Positions 14,901 to 29,900 are shown, counted from the first letter of the stretch. The stretch: 64,000 nucleotides of DNA from Schmidtea polychroa (GCA_044892525.1 CM097888.1:64170001-64234000); one strand, 5' to 3'. Notes: generated by a model not told the origin, from the sequence alone. Translations and numbers: made by a program.

Positions 14901-17900
14901 CATCAAATACAAATGATTAAATAGTTCTGCCTGCTAAATTTAATATCAAAATGTTTCATATTTCATTTGAAAATCGTTAGTGATTCTCTATAAATATTTG
15001 AGTAGTAGAGTAGATTGATAAAAAAATTCCAATTCTATAAAATTCGGCACCTCCGTCGATTTGGACAACGAGATTGTCAGTGTGATTAATAAATTAATCA
15101 TGTCAAAACTTTGAACAGTAAATTATTTTATTACAGACTTAAATATTATCGAAAATGGAAAATTAATCATTTAAAATTCTGTGTATGAATACTAGTAAAG
15201 CCAAATAAAGACAGATTGTGACAATTATTAATTTATTCGTTAACACTTGGCAAGATCACACGTAGTTCTAAATATTGTCTAGAAATTTATAATTTTCCGC
15301 AAAACCTAATTGAATATATATGAAATAATAAAATAAAGCCAGCAATTACAACGAACAGTGGGAAAAAGTATATAAGATAGCACAATTCATTGATAAAACA
15401 GAATGCCCATTTTTACTCGGTGGGTTTAAAAATTTTTTTCAAAAACTTTCATATTACTATCCTTCTATCAATATTCAACTCGAACAGAATTAAAATTCTT
15501 TTTTTCTTTTTTAAAATAAAAAAGATTAGCACCCAATAATATTAAAATATAACATAAAAATAAAAAGCCAACGATTGATTAAATAAATTATGTATCACAT
15601 GATCAAGGCAATGCCAAAAATTTGTTTTATATAGGATCTATAGTCGTAATGAAAATTAGTGACATAAAAACAAAACCGATTAACCCTTGAACGCATAATT
15701 TTTTTGAATATTTTTTATTGAAACTTATTTTGATCAAAAATTTAAAAAAAGTACAAAATCACAAACAAAATTTTTATTTTTATAATATGCAAATTATTAT
15801 TATCGAGTTAACTCGAGCATGCTCGTTAAGCGATTAAAGATGAATAAAAAATAAATCATTTTACTGGTATTAAAATAAACAATAAAATTAAAAGTATAGT
15901 AGACGTTTCTCATTGCCTTATAAATGCCCTATTGGTAAATAGTGAACTGATTTTTATATCACTAATAAAAAACTCATACCTAAAAGTCAAAGAAATTATT
16001 ATTAAATGTATTTCCTTTCAAATATTTATGAATTGCAAATATTGTCTCTGGCATAAAGGCAGCTGAACTGATTCAATGAAGGCCAAAGTAATTTTTACTT
16101 TGCATTTATAAAAGAAAAGCCCACACTTACTATAGGAAACATAAATTTGATACAAACAAGCAACAAATATTTTAGTTTAATAATTTTTGAAAAAATAAAC
16201 CAGTGACTGATATACTCCAAGTCAATTTTTCTATATCCTGTAAACAAAAAAATTTGATTCATAAATTTAGGGTGCGACTTATACTGTAACAATTACGGTA
16301 AATGTCTTTTTTAATTTATGTTGATTAATAGAAACAATTTTTTGTTAATTATTTTCTTTAATATATTTTCGATAAATCATTTTTCTTACAATTTACTAAA
16401 TGAATGGCTTTCACAATATCAGATGAATTTAATTAAATCTTTTAATATTTCTTTTTATCTGTTAAAGATGTTTTATTTTAACCTGTACTTTAAAAATGTC
16501 TAAAAAAGCACAATAAATAACAAAAAAGGAGTGAACAGAGGTCAACAATTGATTAACAGATATTCCTTAATTTATGCTAAGTCGATGTTCTTTAAAGTTG
16601 GGGATTTTTAAGTTGTGTTAGTGATATTGAAACAAATCGTATTTATAATATTAGGGTATTCTCATAAAATATAAGTCTCCTTTGTTATCGGTCTGCGATC
16701 TTCAATTAAAACATAGCGCAGATCCGTCGCGTGCAGAACTTTAAGAAACCCTGCATTAAAGTGGAGTGAAATATATCGTTATCTATTTAACTAATGTTTT
16801 TAAGGAAACTATTCTGTTTATACTTTGTATTGTTTCATAATAATATCAGTGATCATTTATAACAATAATACGAATTAATTTTCGATTGACTTTTGTTTGA
16901 CGTTTAGTTTCTATAATAAAATAATAATATGGCATGGGTTTTTTAAAACAACAAATTGAACTCAATAATATTTCTCATTAAAACAAATTGAAAGTAACCA
17001 ATTTTTATTAAATATTAAATTTCTAAAAATATCTAAAATTGAAATGCCTATTAAATATAGAAATCGATTTTGTGTTTCTTATAATTTATTAATATAAATT
17101 GTTAGGATACAAAGCTATATGCGAAGCATTTCAATGAAATTTTAAATGAAAATTACAATAGAGAAGAGTGTGTGATAACAATAAAAAATCCCCGTTATGT
17201 CACTATGGCTTATATTTCCAAGTATACATTGTTAAAATTTTTACTGAATTTTTACTAAAATCATAAAGTATAACCGAAGAGCAAGCAACCGAATTAGAAT
17301 TGACATTACCAACCGACAAAACAATCACTTCAAATTCCGACGATACTTTAAACGGAACGGACGATCTTTCAGAGGTTAGTTTAATGTCTTTACCAGAAGA
17401 AAAACAAACGAATAACAACAGAAAAATTGAAAGTGTTACTTTTGATAAAAAATATACATCCTCATATCATCTTTATCTAAATGAATATTCAATTAAACCG
17501 ATGGTGAAAACTGTGACTATAATAAGACCAAATCCATTTGTCGCAGAAGCTACAACAGATACTCAAATAATAGTAATTATAATTATAATATCGTTTATTT
17601 AAATCTAAATTAATAATTAAGAAAATTGACTTTGAAAAATTCGAAAGAATAATTGTTATAAAATCTTTCAAAGAAAGTCAAAATGATAAATCAATAATTT
17701 ATGGAATAATCAATCAATTTGGAGAGATTCTAAGTAATGATTTTTTTTGTTTAATCAATATATAATATTTCAATAGATATTTCCCAAGCAATTACCGACA
17801 ATATTTTGAATGTGAAAGAGGAAACGTTTCTTGATTCTCAATTTGGAGAAGAAATGACTTGGCAAAAGGCTTATCAGAAAAACTATTTACTTACAATTGA

Positions 17901-20900
17901 TATTCCACAAAATATGTTAACGACAGACTATATAAAATGTCTTCTTGCTAAACAGCTTCATTTCTATTTATCCTTAGAATACAAGGTAATATATTATCAT
18001 TTCAAAATGATTTTTATGCATAATTTAGATACTATTTGAAGAGTTGCAAATAAATGATGTCATACTTTGTAAAGCATTATCTGAAAATGAGGATTCAAGA
18101 ACAATTATTATTGGATGGCAAAGTCAAATGAATGATGAAATATTGGGTTATATATATATTTTTACTTATATTTTAGAATTATAAATATATCTCAGGAATA
18201 AGAGAAGCAATAAATGAAAACTTGATCAATGTAGAATATCAAACTTGTAAATGCAATAGAGAAAACAAAGATGAAATGAGTTGGAAAAACGCAATCGAAG
18301 AGAAACTAATGATTGCATGTGAAATTAATAAAAACATGATTACACCGGAATATATGAAATGTCTAATAGAAAGTAACACAAATGAATACATAAATACAGA
18401 TGAAATGGAAATCCTCGGAGCAGTAAATACATCGAATAATAAACTATTGGAAACAAATGAAGCAATTGAGGCAAATATATTAGATTTGCATGGACATTTA
18501 TTTATGGATGAATTATCAAACCATTTGATACCATTGAGACAAGCAATTGACAATGGATATGTATTGGCAAAGAAAAAAGATTTGGATTGTAAATTGCATC
18601 GAGTATTTGTTGGATCTGTAAAAGTTGGTAAAGACCAAACCGAAATGAGCTTAGAAGAAGCGATAAAAGCGAAAGTTATTGATCAATTAGAAAATGTTTA
18701 CAGAATCGAAGAAGAAAACATAGAAATACGAATAATGGATGCGATAATGTTGGGAATAATAAATATTGAAAACAAAACTGATGACGAAGAAATCAATTCT
18801 AAATCTTTTGCAATTGTACAAAGGAAACCGACTGATCCGGAAATCGAAGAATTATGTGAATATTCATCAAATAAAGAATTGAACATGAAAATATTGTGCA
18901 GGGCAATTGAATGTGATTGCATGAATGAATTTCTGATTTACGATGATGTGAAAGAAAGTATTGCGAAAAGCATATTCAACAATCATTTAGAACTAGATCC
19001 AATGATTTGTGATGTAGGCGAAGAAAAGCAAAGTATCCTAAAAGGATTCGTAAAGGGCTTGATCGATTATGAAGAAATGAAACGGTTGTTAGAAAATGTG
19101 AAAGATTTATTTGTCGGAGAAATATTAAAAACGATTAATGAAGATTCAAATGGAAAAGAAATAATGAAAGAATTGAATAGTGATGAAATGAAAGATCGAT
19201 ATGAGGAAATGTTAATAATTGATGAAAAGAATTTCACAATAGAAAGTGTATCAAATATTGATGAAAATGATGAGAATAAGAAATATCGAACAAAGATTAA
19301 TGTTGGAAAATTATTGAAAAATCTTAATCAATTGAAATGTTTTGATAAATTTGGAATCGACACAATTGGGAATGCAGTAATTGGAAGGAATGAAGATAGA
19401 AAGGAAGAGTTTGAAATGACAATATTTGAATCAGTAATGAATGGAACTTTTGATTTGGATGAATTGGAAACATTTGATGAGAAAGAAAAAGAAATGTGTT
19501 CAATGATTGAAAGTGTGAAACGAGGACTGATTGATGTGAAAACGGCAGAAAATATTTTGGATTGTTTAGAATCAATGAGCTTTGAAGAACTAATAAAAGC
19601 CAAAATATTTGACATTGAAAACAATTGTTTTGATGAAAATTTGTCATTGGAAGAAGCGATTGAAGAAGATTTGTTGAAACCAGAAGTTGTATATATGAAT
19701 TTATGTGAAGGAAATAAATTAATAAATTTAAGTAAAATGATTGAAAGTGGAATGTTGAATGCTTCGGAAAATGAAGTGAAGATCGAGAAAAGAAATGGCG
19801 AAATAGTTGAAATGAAATTGAATGAAGCACTGAAGGAAGAAAACGGAATATTGTCATGTGCTGTCAATAGTGAAGAAATAAAATTTCAAATTCCAAGAAC
19901 AATAAAATCTCTACTAAATGATCAAATGATCAAAAAATATATGGGTATTATTTTTGAAGAATCTGAAATGCATGAAATGACCATAAATGACGCTTTAGAG
20001 CAATCTTTATTAAGTGAAGAATGTTTCGTCCATTATGATAATAGGTTAGCAATAGTTTCATATCGCGGAGATAAAAATTGTTTTCACTTACTAAATATGC
20101 TGAATGAGTTAGCCAAAGTTCTCAAAGAATATTTATTTACTTCAGATATTGATAAAGATGAAATAATAGTTTTCAAAGTAAATATCATTTGTTTCTGAAA
20201 TTATTATTTTTTATTTGATCAATTAAGATTATGAGAGAAAAAATTGAAAATCTTTTTCTAAAAGATTGTAATTTCATTGAAAAAGTTGAACAGACTTTGA
20301 ATGTCGATCTCACAGTTCCGGAAATTAGAAATCTCAAATTGAAATATGAAGAAGTGAAAGAATTAATGGATGAAGTATGTTTTGTAGTTGATAAATATGG
20401 CAGTTATGGAATTTTGAGAACTTTGATCATTAGTATATAAAATTGTAAAAAAATTCTTAAAATATAAATACAAACGTAGTGAGATTATTTGAAATTGTAA
20501 AATTAATAAAAGCTCGCAACTCCGAAACATTTGAGGTTACCATTACAAAGTATTTTTTTTACTATTATTTTTTACTATTATTTCTTTGAAAAACATATTG
20601 CTTACTATTTTTGTCGTTACAAATCCTCTGTTATTTTGTACAATTTTCATGAAAATTTCTTTAAGCTTAATAATTTAGAAATACTAAGACATAGTAATAA
20701 GGAATGGGTATCTTGTTAATTTTTGGAATGTATTAAACTGTATTAAAATGTTCATTTTCACTCACGTGCAAGCTTACAAAATCCGATATAAAATTTATTT
20801 ATTTTTGTTAAGTATCTTGGGTATCTTGCGAATGAAATTACAAGGGTTTTCATTATTATATACCCATGTCTTCATTTTAATATTCCAATGTTTTCATAGT

Positions 20901-23900
20901 TATATTCCCATATTTTCATAGTTATATTCCCATGTTTTCATAGTTATATTCCCATGAAATTGATATTATTTAAATTCATGACAAAATATATTTAATCATG
21001 TGAATATACAAATAATAGGTTATTCTTTCTTAATTAAATAAATAAATCGTTGAAACAGAATTATTCTATAAAAATCTTAAAAACTTAATTAATTTTATAA
21101 ATGGGGAGGAAAACAAGAAAAACCGTAACTCGAGAATTATTTGATTTGGTTTGCACTTTATATGCAACAAATCGACATAGTATAGCTGAGATCAGCAGAA
21201 TAGTAAGTCTAGAGAGAAAGACTGTCGAGAAAATAATAAGACAGCACTAAAATAATGAACCTTTTGTTCCTGCTGCAGAGAAAAGGTCCAACACAATCTT
21301 AACCAGAAACAACAATTTCTCAGAAGTAGAACAGACCATTTTCAACTCTTTTGCGATCGAAAATTCGCATGTTCAAAACGATGTCAAAAATATCATTCAA
21401 GAAAGACATAATGTGACTCTAAGCTTGCCTACAATCAGTCGAAAAATCAGAAAAATAGGATTGAGTAGAAAGAGGTTGACATTGGTACCAATAGAGAGAA
21501 ATATTGATGCTCGAGCAATTTATGCATCTGAAATATCCAGAATAAACAATGAAAATATAATTTTTTTGGATGAAACTGAATTTAATCAACATTCACGCAG
21601 ATATTATGGTTATTCTGCTGAAAATGTTAAAGCATATGTGCAAGTGCGGGCCAATAAAGGCACTAATATAAGTTTAATGTGTGCTATTGGGTATGAAGGT
21701 GTGATAGCATATGAATATAAAACTGGTGCATATAACTTAGAAAGTTTTATAAACTATATCACTGAGAAGCTATGGCCATATTTTAGGAGGTATCCTCATA
21801 AACTTTTGGTTATGGACAATGCCAGAATTCACAAATTTTCTACCGTATTGCGAACTTTTTCGGATTTGCAAATACCAATAAAATATCTTGTGCTTTATTC
21901 ACCAGAACTTAACCCTATAAAAGAATTTTTTTCTATGATTAAATCACGTTTTCATGGTTTACGATTAAATAATACAGAAAGAACAATCGAAATGTGTTTA
22001 GACGATCTATTAACAGCAGGAACGGATTATCCTAATCAATGCGAGGGTTTTTATCTGAATATGCGTAGGTGGCTAGATAAAGCTTTAAGAAGAGAAATGT
22101 TTATATAAATAAATATTTATACGCTTTATTTTTGTTTATAAATTGTTTTGATATTTTTTTATTTATATAAATATTTAAATATATGTTAACATTTATTTAT
22201 TTTTATGGGAATATAATAATGAAAACATGGGAATATAGGAATGAAAACATGGGAATATAGGAATGAAAACATGGAATATAAGAATGAAAACATGTGTAAT
22301 TATATTTTGTCGTTTTTAAGAAATTTATTTGAAAGGCTTGTGGCATAATGTATAGATTGTATAGCGTTATATAAGTATGTACCTTTTAAAGAGTTTTTAA
22401 ATTTCATATAAATTGAGCAAGTAGGTTGTCATACATTTGAGTTTCAATAAGATGTTTAAGTTCAGGGTAAAAATGTACAATTTTGAAAACTTTACTGTGT
22501 TAAAGGTTTTTGTTAGAAAAGTTTATCAAGGACGAATGTTTCGGGTGAAAGTGCATCTTCATTTACGACTTGCGAAACATAGCGATTCTTCACCACCGAA
22601 AGAAGACAAAGTCCTTTTTATATTCAGGAAATCTTTTGGATTAAATTTTCTTGGATGCAAAGGACATACTTCAAAAATGAGTTACCTCACAAAGAGTCTA
22701 ACATTAAATAACGAGTGTTACTCTAATCTTATAAACTAACTCAATCAAAGCAATCATGATAAAATAGCAGGTTTCTAGAGGAAACTTCATATTCCATCAA
22801 GATAATCTCATCCTATACAAGCGTAATGCAAGATCAAAAATTTAACTGAGTTAATAAAAATTGTCATTACAAGAATAAACACCGCAACTATCAAAAACCT
22901 TAGTAATGGACATATATAAGTGATAATATCAAATTTTAAGCTCCTCTGAAGTTGTTACGTTTAACTTGAATGCCGAATCATATGAATCTTACTAATTTAT
23001 GATGTTTATGTTGCTATAATATATATTTTATAGTTGAAATAAATATTTTAATAAAAAATTTATAATAATAATTTTAACAAGGTTAAGGGTTCTGCTAAAA
23101 ATGATTATTTGGAATATTGGTTTAAAGTTTGCTTTGCAACCGATGTTGAGGTAAATATTAATTTATATAAAAAATGAATATTTTTAATAGGATTTCTTTG
23201 AAATTGTAACAATTACTGAAGTAATACTTTGTGAAGCAATATCCAAAAAAGACGATTACTGTACTGTCATATTGGGCGCTAAACAATGTTACGATGTCAA
23301 TATTATATGTAAATTTATTTTAAATAAAACGAATATTAAATTTTTATTGCTATACAGGTATAGCTGACGCTTTGAAAGTAGGAATCATAGACATTGATAG
23401 CCAAACATATAAATATGATCCAACTCAAAACGATAAAATGTCATGGAAATGTGCAATTTCCGAAAGATACCTTATTGCATGTGAAATTAATAAAAACATG
23501 ATTACACCGGAATATATGAAATGTCTAATAGAAAGTAACACAAATGAATACATAAATACAGATGAAATGGAAATCCTCGGAGCAGTAAATACATCGAATA
23601 ATAAACTATTGGAAACAAATGAAGCAATTGAGGCAAATATATTAGATTTGCATGGACATTTATTTATGGATGAATTATCAAATCATTTGATACCATTGAG
23701 ACAAGCAATTGACAATGGATATGTATTGGCAAAGAAAAAAGATTTGGATTGTGAATTGCATCGAGTATTTGTTGGATCTGTAAAAGTTGGTAAAGACCAA
23801 ACCGAAATGAGCTTAGAAGAAGCGATAAAAGCGAAAGTTATTGATCAATTAGAAAATGTTTACAGAATTGAAGAAGAAAACATAGAAATACGAATAATGG

Positions 23901-26900
23901 ATGCGATAATGTTGGGAATAATAAATATTGAAAACAAAACTGATGACGAAGAAATCAATTCTAAATCTTTCGCAATTGTACAAAGGAAACCGACTGATCC
24001 GGAAATAGAAGAATTATGTGAATATTCATCAAATAAAGAATTGAACATGAAAATATTGTGCAGGGCAATTGAATGTGATTGCATGAATGAATTTCTGATT
24101 TACGATGATGTGAAAGAAAGTATTGCGAAAAGTATATTCAACAATCATTTAGAACTAGATCCCATGATTTGTGATGTTGAAGATGAAAAGAAAAGCATTT
24201 TTATCTCTTTTATTAAAGGAAACATAACCTTAGAAATATTGTATAGGTTTCTATCGGGCCTAAAAGACATATTTCTTGGTGTAATAATAAAAAATCTTGA
24301 TAAGCAATTAAAAGGAAGGAAAATATTCGAAGCAATTGAAGCGTGCAATAATTCTAAATTGAATAATGAAAGTCTGGTAATTGATCAAAAATCTTTTACC
24401 ATTTTAACAGTTTCTAAAATTAACGAAGAAAGCATCTATTTAACATCTATTGAACCTACATCGGTAATAGCTAAACTGAACCAACTTAAGTATTTAGAAA
24501 CATATGGGATTAATACAAATAATTTGTCATTATCTTCTAAGAATAGAGAGCACGAGAACAAATTAAATCAAACAATATTCGAAGCAATAATGAATGGTGA
24601 TTTGAATTTCGATGAATTAGAGATATTTGACTCCAATAACCATGAAATGTGCTCAATTGTTGATAGTGTGGAACGAGGATTGGTAGATGTTCGAACTGCT
24701 AAACACTTGCTAGATCGCATGGAATCATTGACATTCGGAGAATTAATTAAAGATGGAATCTATGATGTACACAATAATAGTTTTGGTGATTTCCAATCAT
24801 TAGAAGAGGCAGTGGAGAATAAACTTGTCAGACCGGAACTCGTTTATCTTAGTTTACCGAAAGAAAATAAATTAATGAATCTAAGTAAAATGATCGAATA
24901 TGGAATACTCGATCCTCTGACAAATGAAATCAGAACACAAAATTCCGAAAATGAAATAATAACAATGAAACTTAATGAAGCGTTGAATTCGGAAAACAGA
25001 ATTTTAGCCACGGATTTGAATTGTCAGCAGATTAAAATGAAATTCCCTGAGAAATTAATAAATTTTGTTGACAAAAAACTTATCGAACCTGATCAAGACA
25101 TTATTCAATTTTCTAATAGTAAAATTGAACCACTTTACATTTCTGAAGCTTTGAAGAAAAGGTTACTGTGCAGGGAGTCACTGGTGAAGTTGTCTGGTGA
25201 TAATTTTGAAAATGAAATCATTATAATTGAATATTGTGGAAGCAATGAACCAGCAAGTCTAATGAATGAACTGAACGAATTATTAAAATATATTGACAAT
25301 TATCTTTCATATTTAACTGTAAGCTCCAGTGAGATTTTACCTAACAATGAAGTAGTGTTTTTCGACTTAAATAATACGTAATTCTCTTCAATTGTAGGAA
25401 ACGACCAAGTTGATTTTGAAAGATAAACAAAGCATTATTCATGATGTTGATGCATTTTTGTCCAAGAATTTAAACAAGGAAGTTAATAAAGAAAAAAGTT
25501 TTTATATTCAAAATCTTAAATTGAAAAATCAGCAAGCTAAAGAGCGATTGGAAGAAGTAATTTAATGTTTAAAAATAAAAATAATTTGTTTTAAGTTGTC
25601 TTTTTAAATCTTCATAACTTTACTAACTACTTCGCGCGGGATTTAGATATTAATTCCTGAAATGATCAAACCTATTTAACCTACTACTTCAACACCTACT
25701 CACGTTTTGTTTTTTTCATCAGTAACATTAAGTATTTTTAATATACGGTTCCTCCTTGACGTATTACCATTAAACTGACTTTTCCAGACTCTTCATGTGA
25801 CTTTATTATTAATCATAACTAGTACTGGCCAAACAAGAAATTGCTATCACCTAAACTAGAATGTTAAATCACTTTAAATTGGAGTACTGGAAATAGAAAT
25901 ACCCCCGTCAAATGGTTTAATAATGACGATATCATTAAAAAAGTAATGCCTTCACAGTGAATTTGGAATCATTCCATAGTTTCCATGGGACAGATTTCAT
26001 TGCTGTATGATGGAACATCTAATTTGTAAGTAAAATTTATATGGCAGAGTTCCATATTCTGATTCACAAACTTCAAAATCTCAATCGAATGCCTAGTTTC
26101 TTAATCTTCAGCTTTGGTTGTAATTGTTTTATATATCAAACCCAAACTAATGAAATTCCAACTGATAACAAGAAGTCTAGTGTAATGTATATTAAAACAT
26201 TCCAGATTTATTCAACTAGGAAGAAACTATCAAATTCCGAAAACCACGAACTCTGATATTCGTTTTGAAATGCCTATTCCAAGAAAGAGTAGTCATATTA
26301 AAATATCAACATCATAACATTCATAATCCAATAATATCTCAAAAAAAGAATGGCGAGATACACTGAAAATAGTCGCATTCACCGTGAAATCAAATAGGGT
26401 TTCTTATGTAAAAATTTCGAGACACCAAACTCATTGTTCGAAATTATTTGTTGGTTCATGCATATGTTACACCGAATCCATAAAATTGCCGAATACATTA
26501 AATCGGCAAATAATTGCTTAATTCATGAAAAATCCAAGTTTTTACAGAGAAATTCTTTCGGGCGATTTATGAGGAACTTATTTTACGTATTTCTGTACTA
26601 TTAAGGATGATGTCTTTTGTCACTGTTGATTGATCAACTTGATAAGATGTATTATATTTAGAAGTATTTGTTAACTTATCATTATAACATGTAGAACCAT
26701 GAGAGTTTATTAAGCGAAAGAATAATAAAATTTTACATAATTTGATCTGCTTAAGAGAGCAATGAAAATATTATGACTGCAGTTCGAACGAAATAACTGT
26801 AACTTGAGGTGTGGTGAAATGAGAATTTAATATTTGAAAATAGAAAACCAGCAAGTCTAAATTTTCAAATAAAAATCATTCATTTTCTATTAAAATTAAG

Positions 26901-29900
26901 ATTCAACATTTAATATAAAAAGTTAATAAAGAGTGACGAAGAACGAAGAATTTTCTAATAGGAAATTGACAATAGACACCAATGATAAACGATGAAAAAT
27001 ATAAAAAAAACAATTTTCAAGCTATTATTGATATAATCCAATGTACATAAAATAGTATGTGTAATTATTAAAAGACAAGCGCATAATTGAGGGAAACTCA
27101 ATTAATTACCTGATATTTGCAAAGTTTTGATTAGGAAATTTATCGACGTTGTTTTGGACGATGAGAATAGACTCGAAAATCCATAAAATACGAAATAAAA
27201 ATAGTGCAATACAGAAATTTTTATTAATGAAGTTATTAATTTCGTAGTATTATTTATTAATCTCCATAAATATTAAAATAAAAATCATTTTCATTGAAAA
27301 TAGTATTAGTTATAACGAAATCACATATAATCATCATGGAGTTAATCATAGAATTAGTGATTTGGATGTATATATTAAAAAATATAAGAAAATGGCATAA
27401 AGAATTTTCAAAAAACGTTCAACATCAAATTTTAGTTCAAAATAAGAACTTTATGGGTATGTTATGTCATGATAATTCTTCAGAATTATATTAAAATATA
27501 CAATATTATAATGAAAATATATATCAAGAAAATAGCTGAGCATTTCCAATATGATAAAATATATATTTGTTAATTAATTTATTTAATTGACGCCAAAAAT
27601 ATAAAAAAAATAGTAATTTCAGTAAATTGAATAAATATTATTTTTAGATCAAAGAAATAATAGGAAATGACCAATGGAATAAATGGTTTCACGTCCATTT
27701 TGGAAATGAAAGAGAAGTACATTTTTATGTGTATAAATTAGCTTTCAAACACTTTTTAGATATCGCCATCAGAAGACATGGTAAAAAGTAGAATTTTAAA
27801 GTACGAGGCATTATCTGGAAATGAAAATAACGAAACGATTATTATTGGTGTGAAACTTAAAAATGCAGATGAAATAATTAGTAAATTCATTAATTTTATT
27901 TTCGAAATAATATATATTTCTATGTATCAGGTATTGAGGAAGCAATTGTTGAAAACTTGATCAATGTAGAATATCAAACTTGTAAATGCAATAGAGAAAA
28001 CAAAGATGAAATGAGTTGGAAAAACGCAATCGAAGAGAAACTAATGATTGCATGTGAAATTAATAAAAACATGATTACACCGGAATATATGAAATGTCTA
28101 ATAGAAAGTAACACAAATGAATACATAAATACAGATGAAATGGAAATCCTCGGAGCAGTAAATACATCGAATAATAAACTATTGGAAACAAATGAAGCAA
28201 TTGAGGCAAATATATTAGATTTGCATGGGCATTTATTTATGGATGAATTATCAAATCATTTGATACCATTGAGACAAGCAATTGACAATGGATATGTATT
28301 GGCAAAGAAAAAAGATTTGGATTGTGAATTGCATCGAGTATTTGTTGGATCTGTAAAAGTTGGTAAAGACCAAACCGAAATGAGCTTAGAAGAAGCGATA
28401 AAAGCGAAAGTTATTGATCAATTAGAAAATGTTTACAGAATCGAAGAAGAAAACATAGAAATACGAATAATGGATGCGATAATGTTGGGAATAATAAATA
28501 TTGAAAACAAAACTGATGACGAAGAAATAAATCCTAAATCTTTTGCAATTGTACAAAGGAAACCGACTGATCCGGAAATAGAAGAATTATGTGAATATTC
28601 ATCAAATAAAGAATTGAACATGAAAATATTGTGCAGGGCAATTGAATGTGATTGCATGAATGAATTTCTGATTTACGATGATGTGAAAGAAAGTATTGCG
28701 AAAAGCATATTCAACAATCATTTAGAACTAGATCCAATGATTTGTGATGTAGGCGAAGAAAAGCAAAGTATCCTAAAAGGATTCGTAAAGGGCTTGATCG
28801 ATTATGAAGAAATGAAACGGTTGTTAGAAAATGTGAAAGATTTATTTGTAGGAGAAATATTGGAAACGATTAATGAAAATTCAAATGGAAAAGAAATAAT
28901 GAAAGCATTGAATAGTGATGAAATGAAAGATCGATATGAGGAAATGTTAATAATTGATGAAAAGAATTTCACAATAGAAAGTGTATCAAATATTGATGAA
29001 AATGATGAGAATAAGAAATATCGAACAAAGATTAATGTTGGAAAATTATTGAAAAATCTTAATCAATTGAAATGTTTTGATAAATTTGGAATCGACACAA
29101 TTGAGAATGCAGTCATTGGAAGGAATGAAGATAGAAAGGAAGAGTTTGAAATGACAATATTTGAATCAGTAATGAATGGAACTTTTGATTTGGATGAATT
29201 GGAAACATTTGATGAGAAAGAAAAAGAAATGTGTTCAATGATTGAAAGTGTGAAACGAGGACTGATTGATGTGAAAACGGCAGAAAATATTTTGGATTGT
29301 TTAGAATCAATGAGCTTTGAAGAACTAATAAAAGCCAAAATATTTGACATTGAAAACAATTGTTTTGATGAAAATTTGTCATTGGAAGAAGCGATTGAAG
29401 AAGATTTGTTGAAACCAGAAGTTGTATATATGAATCTATGTGAAGGAAATAAATTAATAAATTTAAGTAAAATGATTGAATGTGGAATGTTGAATTCTTC
29501 GGAAAACGAAGTGAAGATCGAGAAAAGAAATGGCGAAATAGTTGAAATGAAATTGAATGAAGCACTGAAGGAAGAAAACGGAATATTGTCATGTGCTATC
29601 AATAGTGAAGAAATAAAAAAGCAATTTCCAAGACAATTGAAAGACTTGTTAGCAAATGAAGAAGTCAATAAAGAGAATGACATAATAATATTTCCTGAAA
29701 CAAGAATAAAACCAATGCTGATAAATGATGGATTAAAGAACGGTTTGTTGAATGAAGAATCAATGGTGAAATTAATTGAATATAATTTGGAAAGCGGAGT
29801 AAATTCAATGGAATATTGCGGGGATGCAGAAATTGCAGATCTCATCAATGATTTGAATGAATTATCAATGATATTACCTGAATTATTAATGAGTTTGAAA

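Noticed and set aside
15001-15120. Additional host exon
   Set aside because: No frame gave a stop-free segment with a convincing acceptor and donor compatible with neighbouring exon phases.
20863-20960. CRISPR-like or minisatellite array of ~21-bp repeats (also ~22205-22296)
   Set aside because: There are no unique spacers; the two arrays are reverse complements forming the TIRs of the transposon.
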